Position numbers and translations under genes: made by a program. The notes under the pieces were generated by a model. It did no database searches. It saw only the letters and a program-made list of their open reading frames with translations, and had not been told where the DNA came from. A stretch of 63,230 bases of DNA, counting the filler, from a bacterium (lineage in GTDB: Bacteria > JALSQH01): the NCBI GenBank assembly GCA_026985515.1. It is 6 parts of 6 records of this genome, joined end to end, with 100 filler letters (N's around TTAATTAATTAA, not from the genome) between each part and the next. Parts side by side here need not be neighbours in the genome. Positions count along the whole stretch, not along the records: positions 17,139 to 33,761 come from JALSQH010000065.1; 5 more parts are not named here. One strand, given 5' to 3'. Positions 20,791-31,071 of this stretch are shown piece after piece (the stretch's first letter is position 1; every line of letters starts with the position of its first letter).

Positions 20791-22202
20791 TTATTCCCTA
20801 CCCGTATGTCTTGCATCGTGTCTGAACATGGGCCAGGGAGAATCGGCAAGGCCTTTTGAAGAAGTGTAGATTGCGTAGAGGGAACCATCCTGGCCAGCAA
20901 CGTAAATGATTCCGTCCCTATCTATCACAGGGGATGAAAAAGTAAAAAATTCAATTTTTTCATGTATACTATACGTCCACTCTAACTTTCCATCAGGACT
21001 GATGGCATAAACTACATAAGATACTACAGAACTAATGTAAATTGTACCATCCTTCCCCACAACAGGAGAAGAAAATATTTCACAATCACCATCCGAACAA
21101 ATTCTATTTTTCCATTTAAGTGATCCATCCTGATTAATAGCATAAAAATTACCTCCCATATCACCAATATATATAGTTCCATCCGATCCTATTACCGGTG
21201 AAGAGATAATTCCATCAATCTTCCCAAAAACAAATTTTTCAGATAAATCTTGGTTAATGGCATAAAGATAATCACCAGAACCTATATATATTGTTCCATC
21301 CTCATCTATTATAGGAGAGGAAACAATCTCTCCCAGTGTCTCATACATCCATTTCAGAGTCCCATCAGGATTAACGGCATAAAGATAATGATCTTTTGAA
21401 CCCACATATATAGTCCCATCTTTCCCTATAGCAGGAGATGAATAAATTTCGTCGCCTGTTTCTACCTTCCATTTCAATGTTCCATCAGGATTAATAGCAT
21501 AAAGGAAGTGATCGCATGAACCAACATAAACTGTGCCATCTTTCCCTATTGCTGGAGAAGACCAGATACTACCATCTGTTTTATACTTCCATTCTAAAGT
21601 ACCAGTGGATTTGATCGCATAAAGATAATGATCACTTGATCCAACATATATAATACCTTCTTCACTAACTGCAGGTGACGACCATATCCAATTGCTGGTA
21701 GAGAACTCCCACTCTATTCTTCCATCAGGATTAATTGCAATAACTGCATTGCCGCTGGAACCTATGATACTACCATCAGGTGTTAGCAATAAAGAAGAAT
21801 CACCTCTTTCAAAATCAATTATCCATTTGGGCACACCATCCTTACTGACATAGTTCTCCCGCAAGCTTTTTCACTGGGAGAGGATTCATTTCCATCAATA
21901 TCAACAGCAGAGACTCTAAAACAGTAAGTCGTAGAAGGCAATAAAAATGACACAACCAAGTAATTATCAAAAGTAAAAGCTATTTTTTCCCCCAAGCTAT
22001 TGTATACATTATATCCTTTAACACGTACATTACCTTTAGAAGGAGACCATATGAGTTTTATCTGGGTAGCAGAAATTCCAGTGGCTACGAGTTCCTCAGG
22101 CGGAGAAGGAGGAATGGCTTTTTTCTTTCCTTCACAAGAATAAAGAAGGAAAACTAACAGAATAATAATGGGCACACAACTGGAATAAAATTTGTATCTC
22201 AA
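20791..22202 (-). pseudogene. Lipoprotein with FN3 domain and PQQ-type beta-propeller, single frameshift at ~21842
   Basis: TTG start after GAAAGGGG; LLYSC lipobox; FN3 (YCFRVSAVDIDGNES); repeated SSPAIGKDGTIYVGS.D..LYAINPDGTLKW; C-terminal WPMFRHDARHTG. Confidence 0.78.
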
Positions 22203-23472
22203 AATATACCCCTTTCCAGTATAATTTTCATCATACATATAGGGTGATTGATACATATTTTTGCTGATTTTAATACTGCTTTTTCGCCTCTAAAATCATA
22301 ATTAAGCTTAACATAATCCCACAGAACACTTCTTAACAAAATTTGCATTAAATGCGAAATCATTGAATATGATCCTTGAGGCGAATCACTAAATAAATCT
22401 TCCGTTCCCTTACATCCCCCAATCTTTAGTTGATCACGCAAATTCCATACGGGAAAAATTTTTTGACAACTGAGACTGAAAGCATAAGTATGATTGGTAT
22501 GGTATTGAAATGAATATTGAAAAGAATAAGGAACATTCTCTCCTTCTGGATATACCATAGGAGCATCTAACTCATAAAGGCCACTAATTATTGAGACAAT
22601 TTTATTAGTGTCCATGTTCTTAAGAATATCCACAAAATTTTCTCAATCAATCTTACGGGATAAGGAACGAAAACCGCAATTTTTGGAAGTTCTGTTATAT
22701 TTTGTGGAAGAGAATATATTATTGAACTATCAATCCCTTTAAGTCTGGCTTTATTATCTACAATGGCATTCAATAAGGATTTTTTCTTCCCTATGTTAAT
22801 TAAAATTACTAAGCCAATGTTAGGTGGAAGTGTTTTATTTCCCCAAATACTAAACCAACCTACTTCTAAATCATCTTCACTTAAAAATACAGGGAAAGCA
22901 AATTTCATATAATCGGTGGGTGAGCCTCCATACTTGGAATAATAGTTTTTGTAGATTTCATATAATCCTCTATGCCCTTTCATTTTTATCTCAATACCGG
23001 ACAATTTACCAACATCTAATATATTCAATTACTTTGCCAGTCACACCTATCAAATCATTCTTCTCTGGTTTCAACGCCTAAAATCTGCATCACAACTATT
23101 AAAAATCCTCCCTTTTCCCCAGCTTTTTAACAAATTTCCAAAACTATGAGCCTGACATTAATGTCATACTCGCCCTGAAATACACCTGATCCACATCTTC
23201 AGGAGTAATATACGCAGGGGATGGTTCCGCCGTTACCTCTTTGAAATAAACCCACCTGAAATTCCACTTCTTTCCTCTGTGAAATTTCAAGAAATGCCTT
23301 GATAGATGCAGGTCATTAAAATTGAAAAGGGAATCAACACTCAACCCCCCTCTTCCACGATGATGGAACTTCTTACCTGCATGCAGGTCCCAATTTAAAA
23401 GCGGGTTAAATAAAAGAATAAATGTTAACAGGAAGGAAGAGAGTTAACTAATTGGAATTTAATGCTTTTCAT
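22199..23472 (-). pseudogene. Exported hypothetical protein broken by several frameshifts
   Basis: GGGAGG plus ATG at 23472 with signal-like start shifting frame within ~10 codons; fragments 23144-23344, 22588-23028, 22199-22633 are collinear. Confidence 0.5.
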
Positions 23473-23580
23473 ATCAACCCTCCCGTCAAACAAGTGTTCT
23501 ATTATTCAGATACTACTTTTGGGGTGAAAAGTCAAGACATATTAATGACCCAAACTCTCCAATAAAAAATTTTGGGTAAT

Positions 23581-23609
23581 TTGCACTGTCTCTTTTTTTA
23601 AACTATAAT
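23581..23609 (+). promoter_or_regulatory. Sigma70-type promoter
   Basis: TTGCAC-17 bp-TATAAT upstream of ATG at 23635. Confidence 0.7.
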
Positions 23610-23634
23610 ACCACAAACCAGAAAGGAGTGGAAA

Positions 23635-25065
23635 ATGCAGTTACCAGAAAAAGGGCTCAGCAGAGAAGAGATCAGAAAAAAACTGGATGAAGTGGCTTCA
23701 AAAGATTATGACTGGTCATCCGGGAAGATTTTTGGGTATGTATTTGATCCGGGCAAGGAAATTCTGGAAGTTGGGGAGGAGGCTCTCCTGAAATTCTACC
23801 ATAAAAATGCACTGGATTTTACAGTTTATCCAAGCATTCTCCAGATGGAAAACTACATAATCTCTTTTGCGGCACAGCATCTCGGAGGGGATGAAAATGT
23901 CTCCGGTAACTTCACAAGTGGTGGAACTGAAAGCATTATCCTCGCTGTTAAAACTGCAAGAAATTACATGAGGGAAAAGAGGCCCGAGATAACAGAACCT
24001 GAAATAATCATTCCAATTACAGCTCACGCAGCATTTCACAAGGCGGGACACTACCTTGGTGTGAAGGTTAAGACCATCGGTGTGGATGAAAATTTAAGAG
24101 CCGACATAAAACAGTTGAAGGAGGCAATTACCGACAACACGATTCTGATAGCGGGGTCTGCCCCGAGTTACGCTTACGGAGTAATAGACCCCATTGAGGA
24201 GATGGCGGCAATTGCAAAGGAAAGAGGTATCCTCTTTCACACCGACGCATGTATGGGGGGATTTCTGCTTCCCTTCATAAGAAAATTAGGGAAAAATGTT
24301 CCTCCCTTTGACTTTTCAGTTGATGGTGTAACTTCCATATCCATGGATCTCCACAAATACGCCTACACACCAAAGGGAGCATCTGTGATCCTCTACAGGA
24401 ACAAGGAATTGAGAAAACATCAGATTTTTGCCTGTGCAAGCTGGACAGGATACACGATGATTAACAGCACGATACAGAGCACAAAAAGCACTGGACCCCT
24501 TGCAGCCGCATGGGCAACACTTCAATATGTGGGAGAGGAAAGGTATCTTGAATTTGCCAGAAAGAAATTAGAAGCCACAGAAAAAGTTGTAAAATTTGTA
24601 AAGGAACATCCCGACCTGAGACTCATTGCGGAACCTGACATGACACTGGTGGCTTTTACCTCTGATACGGTGAATATTTTCCACATCATTGATGAGATGA
24701 ATCTCAAAGGGTGGTATATCCAGCCTGTGCTTTCCTATGCTGGAATCAAAGAAAGCATTCACCTATCAATTAACTACTCCAATGTCTTTCACATTGATGA
24801 ATTTATTGAAGATATGAATACCGCAATAGAAGAGGCGAAAAAATTACCCAGCGGAACACTTCTCCAAAAAGCGTCTGAGATTTTCAGCAGTCAAGAAGGT
24901 TTCCAGCTGACACCAGAGGTAATCAGAAACCTGATGGAATTGGCAGGAGTGAAGGATGGGAAAATTCCAGAAAGGTTTGCCCCAATAAACGAAGTTCTCA
25001 ACATACTTCCTGCGGAACTCAGAGAGACTCTCCTTGTGGAATTTGCAAATTACATGTTCAGATGA
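23635..25065 (+). CDS. PLP-dependent group II decarboxylase family, sphingosine-1-phosphate lyase-like
   Basis: TSGGTESI, TAHAAFHKA, GSAPSYAYGVIDP, HTDACMGGF, SMDLHKY, PKGAS. Confidence 0.85.
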   Translation: MQLPEKGLSREEIRKKLDEVASKDYDWSSGKIFGYVFDPGKEILEVGEEALLKFYHKNALDFTVYPSILQMENYIISFAAQHLGGDENVSGNFTSGGTESIILAVKTARNYMREKRPEITEPEIIIPITAHAAFHKAGHYLGVKVKTIGVDENLRADIKQLKEAITDNTILIAGSAPSYAYGVIDPIEEMAAIAKERGILFHTDACMGGFLLPFIRKLGKNVPPFDFSVDGVTSISMDLHKYAYTPKGASVILYRNKELRKHQIFACASWTGYTMINSTIQSTKSTGPLAAAWATLQYVGEERYLEFARKKLEATEKVVKFVKEHPDLRLIAEPDMTLVAFTSDTVNIFHIIDEMNLKGWYIQPVLSYAGIKESIHLSINYSNVFHIDEFIEDMNTAIEEAKKLPSGTLLQKASEIFSSQEGFQLTPEVIRNLMELAGVKDGKIPERFAPINEVLNILPAELRETLLVEFANYMFR

Positions 25066-25075
25066 GGAGGAAAAG

Positions 25076-26440
25076 ATGGCTCCAACTTTTCCCTTTAATT
25101 TCATGCTTATTTTCAGTTTCCTGTCCGCTCTTCTCATAACAGGGTTCATTTTACGGGCAAAAATAGGTTTCATACAGAAATACCTCTTCCCAAGCTCCCT
25201 CATCGGAGGAATAATTGGTTTCATTATAGTGAATGCTTTAAAAATGGATACAAAAATATTTGAAACCTTTGCCTACCATTTTTTCAATCTCTCATTTATT
25301 TCCATAGGGCTAACTCCAACACCCCCCGAGGAAAAACTGGAAAAACACGAAAGCAGAGATTCCTTCCTCGGAGCTTTATGGATGGCACTCTTTGAAGGGG
25401 CAATCTTCCCCTTACAGGCAGCTGTGGGTGGAATATTTGTTCTCATCTTTGTCATACTGGGTATGAAACTTCACCCCGCCTTTGGTTTTCTTCTTCCCCT
25501 TGGATTTGAAGAGGGTCCCGGGCAGGCTCTATCCTTTGGAAAGGTCTGGGAAAAACTGGGATTTGAGAATGCTGCCATGGTGGGAATAACCTACGCCATT
25601 CTGGGATTTGTTGTTGCTATTGTAGTTGGTATACCTCTCGTAAACTGGGGATTGAGGAAAAAATTAAAATCAACAGATGAACACAAACTTCCTGAAGAAT
25701 TCATCAAAGGTTTCTATCCTCCAGACAGAACTGAGAACATCACCTTGAGGCAGACCACGCATCCTGCAAATATTGAATCTCTGGCCTTTCAGCTTGGGAT
25801 GGTGGGACTTGCCTATGGAATTACCTATTATATAACATACTGGATTGCTGCGTTGATTGGTGGCAACATGGGGAAATTGGCATGGGGTTTTTTCTTCCTG
25901 TTTGGTATGGTTATCGCAATGGGCATAAGGAGCATTCTCACTCTCTTTAAAGTTGACTATCTCCTGAGCGTACCCCTTCAAAGGAGAATAACCGGATTTT
26001 CTGTGGATTACCTTATTGTTGCAACAGGTGCAGCCATTCAGCTTGAAATAATCGGTCACTACATTGTACCAATCCTGATTATCTCTACATTTGGAGCAAT
26101 TGTAACACTGTGGCTTGCGGTATATCTTGGAAGGAGACTCCACTCTTACAACATCGAAAGAATGGCAGCAATCTTTGGGACAGTGACAGGTACAGTTTCC
26201 ACCGGAATTCTTCTTTTGAGAATCGTTGACCCTGAATTCAAAACTCCTGTTATTAAAGAAATTGGATTTATGAATGTCTTTGCGGTACCAATAATTTTTG
26301 TCTTAACAATGATGGTGAATGTGCTTCCATTTAAATACCATCTCGGAACACTGACGGTAACACTTATCTTTCTTGGAGTTACCGTAACAGTAATTGCACT
26401 CATGAAAATAATAGGCCTTATAAAAGAACCAAAATTTTAA
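25076..26440 (+). CDS. Sodium/glutamate symporter (GltS)-like transporter
   Basis: PSSLIGG, LGFEEGPGQA, FGTVTGTVSTGILLLRIVDP; many TM helices; GAGGAGG RBS before ATG at 25076. Confidence 0.8.
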   Translation: MAPTFPFNFMLIFSFLSALLITGFILRAKIGFIQKYLFPSSLIGGIIGFIIVNALKMDTKIFETFAYHFFNLSFISIGLTPTPPEEKLEKHESRDSFLGALWMALFEGAIFPLQAAVGGIFVLIFVILGMKLHPAFGFLLPLGFEEGPGQALSFGKVWEKLGFENAAMVGITYAILGFVVAIVVGIPLVNWGLRKKLKSTDEHKLPEEFIKGFYPPDRTENITLRQTTHPANIESLAFQLGMVGLAYGITYYITYWIAALIGGNMGKLAWGFFFLFGMVIAMGIRSILTLFKVDYLLSVPLQRRITGFSVDYLIVATGAAIQLEIIGHYIVPILIISTFGAIVTLWLAVYLGRRLHSYNIERMAAIFGTVTGTVSTGILLLRIVDPEFKTPVIKEIGFMNVFAVPIIFVLTMMVNVLPFKYHLGTLTVTLIFLGVTVTVIALMKIIGLIKEPKF

Positions 26441-26443
26441 ATC

Positions 26444-27160
26444 ATGATCTGGCTTTTCCCCATTGTTTTTCTATCATTCACCATACAGGCAATGACTGGA
26501 TTTGGGAGCATAGTCATAGCAGTAACACTTGCTGCGCTTTTCTATCCCATTAAATCAATTCTTCCCATTCTTGTCATACTGGACTTTATTTTAAACACTT
26601 ACATCCTTCTCAGGTACTTCAGGTTTATTAATTTCAACATACTCTTCAAAAAAATACTCCCCGCAATGAGCATAGGTTTCATAATTGGACAGGTCATTTT
26701 TAACTATGTTGGAGCAGAATCAAAAAGACTTCTCGGCATAATTGTGGTAACCCTTGCAGCTTTTGAGCTGTACAACTTTTACAGGAAAAACAGCAAACCC
26801 CTATCAAACCTTGCGGCCATTGGATTCTTTTTCTTTGCAGGAATTGTACATGGAATTTACGCTTCCAGTGGGCCACTTGTGGTGTATGTGGTGGGTAAAT
26901 TGGGAATTGACAGAACGACATTCAGAAGCACCCTTGATGGATTGTGGGTCCTCATGGATATTTTCCTGATCATCTCTTACTTTGTCACCGGAATACTGAC
27001 TGTCACAACGGTAAAATACACCCTTTATCTGCTCCCCGTGGTGATAGCAGGACTGATCATTGGAGAGGTTCTCCACCACAGAATAAATGAGAGAAACTTC
27101 AGGGGGGTGGTGTATCACCTCCTCTTCCTAACCGGTATATCAATCCTGGTGCTTGGGTGA
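26444..27160 (+). CDS. TauE/SafE-family (sulfite exporter-like) membrane protein
   Basis: QAMTGFG, GIYASSGP, FRSTL; hydrophobic pattern. Confidence 0.82.
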   Translation: MIWLFPIVFLSFTIQAMTGFGSIVIAVTLAALFYPIKSILPILVILDFILNTYILLRYFRFINFNILFKKILPAMSIGFIIGQVIFNYVGAESKRLLGIIVVTLAAFELYNFYRKNSKPLSNLAAIGFFFFAGIVHGIYASSGPLVVYVVGKLGIDRTTFRSTLDGLWVLMDIFLIISYFVTGILTVTTVKYTLYLLPVVIAGLIIGEVLHHRINERNFRGVVYHLLFLTGISILVLG

Positions 27161-27214
27161 ACAGATTGACTTTTACAATTTTATGTTTTAATTTTGTGTG
27201 ATACAATTATTTTG

Positions 27215-28585
27215 ATGGAAGCTATTGATCGTTTAAAGGAAATAGTTGGAAAAGATTTCGTATTCACCTCCCCTGAAGAAACACTTCTCTACGGCAGGGA
27301 CGGGGGTTCCACTCCTCCACGGAGGGTCGATGCTGTTGTTATTCCCGGAAGTGTGGAAGAAGTACAGGAAATAGTCAAATTTGCCAGCAAAAACAATATT
27401 CCCGTAACCCCCGCTGGAGCGGGTCTGACTCTCAACGGTTTAACCATTCCCCTTCACGGCGGTATTGTGGTCGACATGAGAAGAATGAACAGAATACTGG
27501 AGGTAAACAGATTATCAAGGTATGTGGTTTTGGAAGCAGGTGTCACTCAGGGATTTTTGCTTTCATATTTGAAAGAAAACCACCCTGATCTGATGCACTC
27601 CATTCCAGAAGCGCCACCCACCGCCACTGTTGTGGGAAATCTTCTTATAAAAGGTCATGGTACCCAGGCGTTTTACGGTGAAAATTCTGACATGATAAAT
27701 GGCCTTGAAGTGGTACTTCCCACAGGTGAACTTCTCTACACCGGCTCCCTATCAGTATCAAAGTACTGGTTCACAAAGGGACCTCTTCCAGATCTAACAG
27801 GATTATTCATCTCATGGTTCGGTACCACTGGCATTGTGACAAAAGCCTCCCTGAGATTATTTCCACGACCAGCCTACAGGGATTCAGTTATGTTCATGAT
27901 GGACCAGCCTGAATACATCCCTGAATTAATCTACGAAATAACTGCAACAAGACTTTTTGACAACATTGGCATGCTGGGGCAGGATCTTCCTGAGTATCTG
28001 AAAGGTCATCAGTTTGTGGGAGCAATGATCTCAGGAAATTATGAGGAAGAGATAAAACTCAAAAAGGAGATCATTTCCCGGGTGGCAGAAAAATTTGGCG
28101 GGAAAGTGCTCCTTATACCTGAAATACCAGATTCAATTAAAAAGAGATTTATGGAGGAACCACCCTTCGCAGCTGTTGCGGCAGATTTCAGGAAGGGAGG
28201 CGGTTTTCAGTATTGTGGAGCAATGATTCCCCTTGAGAAAGTTCCAGAGGCGTGGAGAAAAGGAGAAGAAATTGCACACAAATACGGCTTTTACTTTTCA
28301 TGTGCCAACCAGGTTCTTGCCTTCGGTCATGAAGTGATGTTTGGCTTTAACTACTCCTTTAACCGTGCCGATCCCGAGGAAGTAGAAAGAGTCGGGGAAG
28401 CAATGAAGGAAACCAATGACCTTGTTCTCTCCCTTGAAGGAATACCATGGAAGGCAGACTTTTACGCCCAGCAAAGAATACTGGCAAAGATGTTTCCAGA
28501 AACATACAGATTGATTCAGAAGATAAGAAAAACCCTTGACCCTGCTGGCATCATGAATCCGGGAAACTGGGAAAAAGAGGAGTAG
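27215..28585 (+). CDS. FAD-binding oxidoreductase (GlcD/D-lactate dehydrogenase-like)
   Basis: PGSVEEVQEIV, GGIVVDMRRMNRI, GLEVVLPTGE, GTTGIVTK, LDPAGIMNPG. Confidence 0.88.
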   Translation: MEAIDRLKEIVGKDFVFTSPEETLLYGRDGGSTPPRRVDAVVIPGSVEEVQEIVKFASKNNIPVTPAGAGLTLNGLTIPLHGGIVVDMRRMNRILEVNRLSRYVVLEAGVTQGFLLSYLKENHPDLMHSIPEAPPTATVVGNLLIKGHGTQAFYGENSDMINGLEVVLPTGELLYTGSLSVSKYWFTKGPLPDLTGLFISWFGTTGIVTKASLRLFPRPAYRDSVMFMMDQPEYIPELIYEITATRLFDNIGMLGQDLPEYLKGHQFVGAMISGNYEEEIKLKKEIISRVAEKFGGKVLLIPEIPDSIKKRFMEEPPFAAVAADFRKGGGFQYCGAMIPLEKVPEAWRKGEEIAHKYGFYFSCANQVLAFGHEVMFGFNYSFNRADPEEVERVGEAMKETNDLVLSLEGIPWKADFYAQQRILAKMFPETYRLIQKIRKTLDPAGIMNPGNWEKEE

Positions 28586-29737
28586 ATGGGACTGGAGGAA
28601 TACAGGGAAATAATCCACAGGTGCTTCAGATGTGGATACTGTAAATTGACTTCGGATTACAACTGGAGGGGGTTCAACTGTCCAGAATATAACAGATTTA
28701 AAGTGGAAAGCTACTCCCCAGGTGGAATGCTCTGGCTATCCTACGCCGCATTTGTAACGGGAGAGTTAAAACCTGATCAACATCTGAGTGAGATAATATA
28801 CTCATGCAGCATGTGTGGAAACTGTTCGGCTCAATGCAGGTTCAAATTTGGAACAATGGTAACCGAGATGTTGAGGAGGACCCGGGAGGAAATTGTGGAA
28901 AATCATCCCGAACTTATTCCATCAATTGTGAAAAGGTTTTTTCAAAATGTTTTCAAATACGGGAATCCCTACGGATCAGTAGAAGAGAATGAAAATCTTA
29001 AAAGCGAAATTCCACTCTTCAATGAACAGGAGTACCTTCTCTTCATTTCGCCACTTTCCTTCTTTGATCCCCTTGTCACTGAATCTGCTCTTTCCCTGAT
29101 CAGACTCTTCAAAAAATTGAATATCTCCTTTGGTACACCGGGATATGAAGAAATCTGTGACGGAAATGAAATACTTATGCTTGGAGAAAAATACCTGTTC
29201 AAAGAAATAAAGAAAAGAAACATAGAATTTATGCACTCAAAAGGTGTGAAAAAAATAGTTACATACTCACCCCATACCTACAACGCAATGAAAAACTACT
29301 ACAAACTGGAGGGCATAGAGGTTCTCCATTACACCCAGTTGCTCGCAGAGAAAGTGAAAAAGATCAGAATAAAAGAGAGATTTGATAAAAAGATCACATA
29401 CCATGATCCATGCTTTCTTGGAAGGTACAACGGTATTTATGAAGAACCCAGAAAAATATTAAGATATGTGGCAGAGGAGAATTTTGTGGAGATGCCCCGC
29501 AACAGGGAAAATTCATTCTGCTGCGGAGGAGGCGGTGGAAACTTTTACACAGACTTCGTCGGCGGGGGAAAGGATTCTCCACCCAGAGTGAGGATAAGAG
29601 AGGCACTATCAACAGGCGCTGAAGTTGTTGCTGTTGCCTGTCCAATCTGCAAAATGATGCTCACCAGCGGAGTTAAGGATGAAGCAGCAGACCTGAATGT
29701 TCTTGACATATCAGAAATTTTGCTACCGCTTCTCTGA
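28586..29737 (+). CDS. Fe-S oxidoreductase with CCG domains (GlpC/HdrD-like)
   Basis: CFRCGYC, CSMCGNC, YHDPCFLGR, CCGGGGG, ACPIC. Confidence 0.9.
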   Translation: MGLEEYREIIHRCFRCGYCKLTSDYNWRGFNCPEYNRFKVESYSPGGMLWLSYAAFVTGELKPDQHLSEIIYSCSMCGNCSAQCRFKFGTMVTEMLRRTREEIVENHPELIPSIVKRFFQNVFKYGNPYGSVEENENLKSEIPLFNEQEYLLFISPLSFFDPLVTESALSLIRLFKKLNISFGTPGYEEICDGNEILMLGEKYLFKEIKKRNIEFMHSKGVKKIVTYSPHTYNAMKNYYKLEGIEVLHYTQLLAEKVKKIRIKERFDKKITYHDPCFLGRYNGIYEEPRKILRYVAEENFVEMPRNRENSFCCGGGGGNFYTDFVGGGKDSPPRVRIREALSTGAEVVAVACPICKMMLTSGVKDEAADLNVLDISEILLPLL

Positions 29738-30376
29738 GAATTTTTTTATCAAATCCTGAAAAATTTCAAAGGCAAGTTCTTTAACTCTGTTTAAGGTATC
29801 GATGGGCCTATCTTCCAGTTCCTGGAGAACTCCATAGTTGTAGAGGCTCACAATTCCATGCAGATTACTCCATAATTCAAGAAGGATCAATCTTGCCTTA
29901 CCAGGCCCAACTTCGGGGAACGCCTCTGTAAGAATATCCAAAATAAAGTTAAAAACTTCGATCCCCGTTTTCTTACTTTCGTAAGCAAGCCTCTCCATTT
30001 CCGTACCTATAAAATCTGAATACCTGGGAGCAGAGGTCATTAGCATTATCTCATAATAGTTTTTATTTTTTATGGCGAAATTAATATACGCCTCCCCTAT
30101 TCTCATCAGTTTTTGAAGGGGGTCATTCACATCTCGTACCATGTACCTAAGGCTATTATTTAATTTTTGAAAGGCATTTCTGAGAAGAGTCAGATAAAGC
30201 TCATCTTTACTGGAAAAATAATTGTAAAGATTTGCCGCCGTCATCCCAATTCTTCTGGCTATATTTCTCATACTGAGATTTTCATAACCTTCCCGAATTA
30301 TGATATCCAGAGCCGCATTAAGGATCTTTTCCTTAATCTGTTCAACCTCTTCTTTGGGTCTTGGAGGCTTGGCCAT
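29723..30376 (-). CDS. TetR/AcrR-family regulator
   Basis: ILNAALDII..GYENLSMRNIARRIGMTAANLYNYFSSKDEL; LWSNLHGIVSL. Confidence 0.92.
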   Translation of the reverse strand: MAKPPRPKEEVEQIKEKILNAALDIIIREGYENLSMRNIARRIGMTAANLYNYFSSKDELYLTLLRNAFQKLNNSLRYMVRDVNDPLQKLMRIGEAYINFAIKNKNYYEIMLMTSAPRYSDFIGTEMERLAYESKKTGIEVFNFILDILTEAFPEVGPGKARLILLELWSNLHGIVSLYNYGVLQELEDRPIDTLNRVKELAFEIFQDLIKKFSEKR

Positions 30377-30393
30377 AATACTTCCCTCTAAAT

Positions 30394-30948
30394 TTATTTT
30401 ACAACAAACTCATATTCAATTATACCGTCATCCATCAAGGATTTTATCCGTTTAACTTCTACCTTTTTACCGCTTATTAACTCCATCGCTCTTTCAACAA
30501 AACCCATGACAGAATACTCAAGATACTTATGCCTAAAAGGCACATTTATTACTACCGCTCTACAAATATTATTTTCGCATTTCGCTTCTTTTACCTTTCC
30601 CTCTGTAAAATAAAGATTCCATAACAGATGTAGTTTCTCTTCAAAAAACTTTTCCACACTTCCTTCTTTTCTTATTGATTGATAAGGACCCTCTATAAGC
30701 GCCCAATTAGCCCCTTCCCTTCCAATTTCCCAATAAGCATTTTCATCGCCACTATGAAAAACTTCTACAAATTTATCAATAAAAGGCAAAAAATGCTCAG
30801 CAGGGATCAGAGAACTTGGCAGTATTTTCTTCTCAAAATAGGGATCCTCTTGTGCATATTCTCTAATAAAAGTTTTCCATCTTTCTTCTCCATACCTCTT
30901 TACAACTTCATCTCTCCTTGCCAGAAAAGCCATTCCTTTAACTTTCAT
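30394..30948 (-). CDS. DUF2378/V4R-like small protein
   Basis: MKVKGMAF..YGEERW start after GGAGGAGG; GFVERAMELISG..YEF end. Confidence 0.55.
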   Translation of the reverse strand: MKVKGMAFLARRDEVVKRYGEERWKTFIREYAQEDPYFEKKILPSSLIPAEHFLPFIDKFVEVFHSGDENAYWEIGREGANWALIEGPYQSIRKEGSVEKFFEEKLHLLWNLYFTEGKVKEAKCENNICRAVVINVPFRHKYLEYSVMGFVERAMELISGKKVEVKRIKSLMDDGIIEYEFVVK

Positions 30949-31071
30949 ACATCCTCCTCCAGAATTTTTATTAATCATATCACAGGACCTTCACATACTT
31001 CAAGTTCTCGCTTTTGCTGGAACATGTTACCAATCCCAAATATAATCTACTTTTTATTGAGAATTTCATAC

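Noticed and set aside
20900-21800. ~120-bp imperfect DNA repeats
   Set aside because: Explained by beta-propeller blade repeats in the protein
30980-31070. 29-codon minus-strand ORF MKFSIKSRLYLGLVTC..
   Set aside because: Too short to support; possibly a deletion remnant at the island edge
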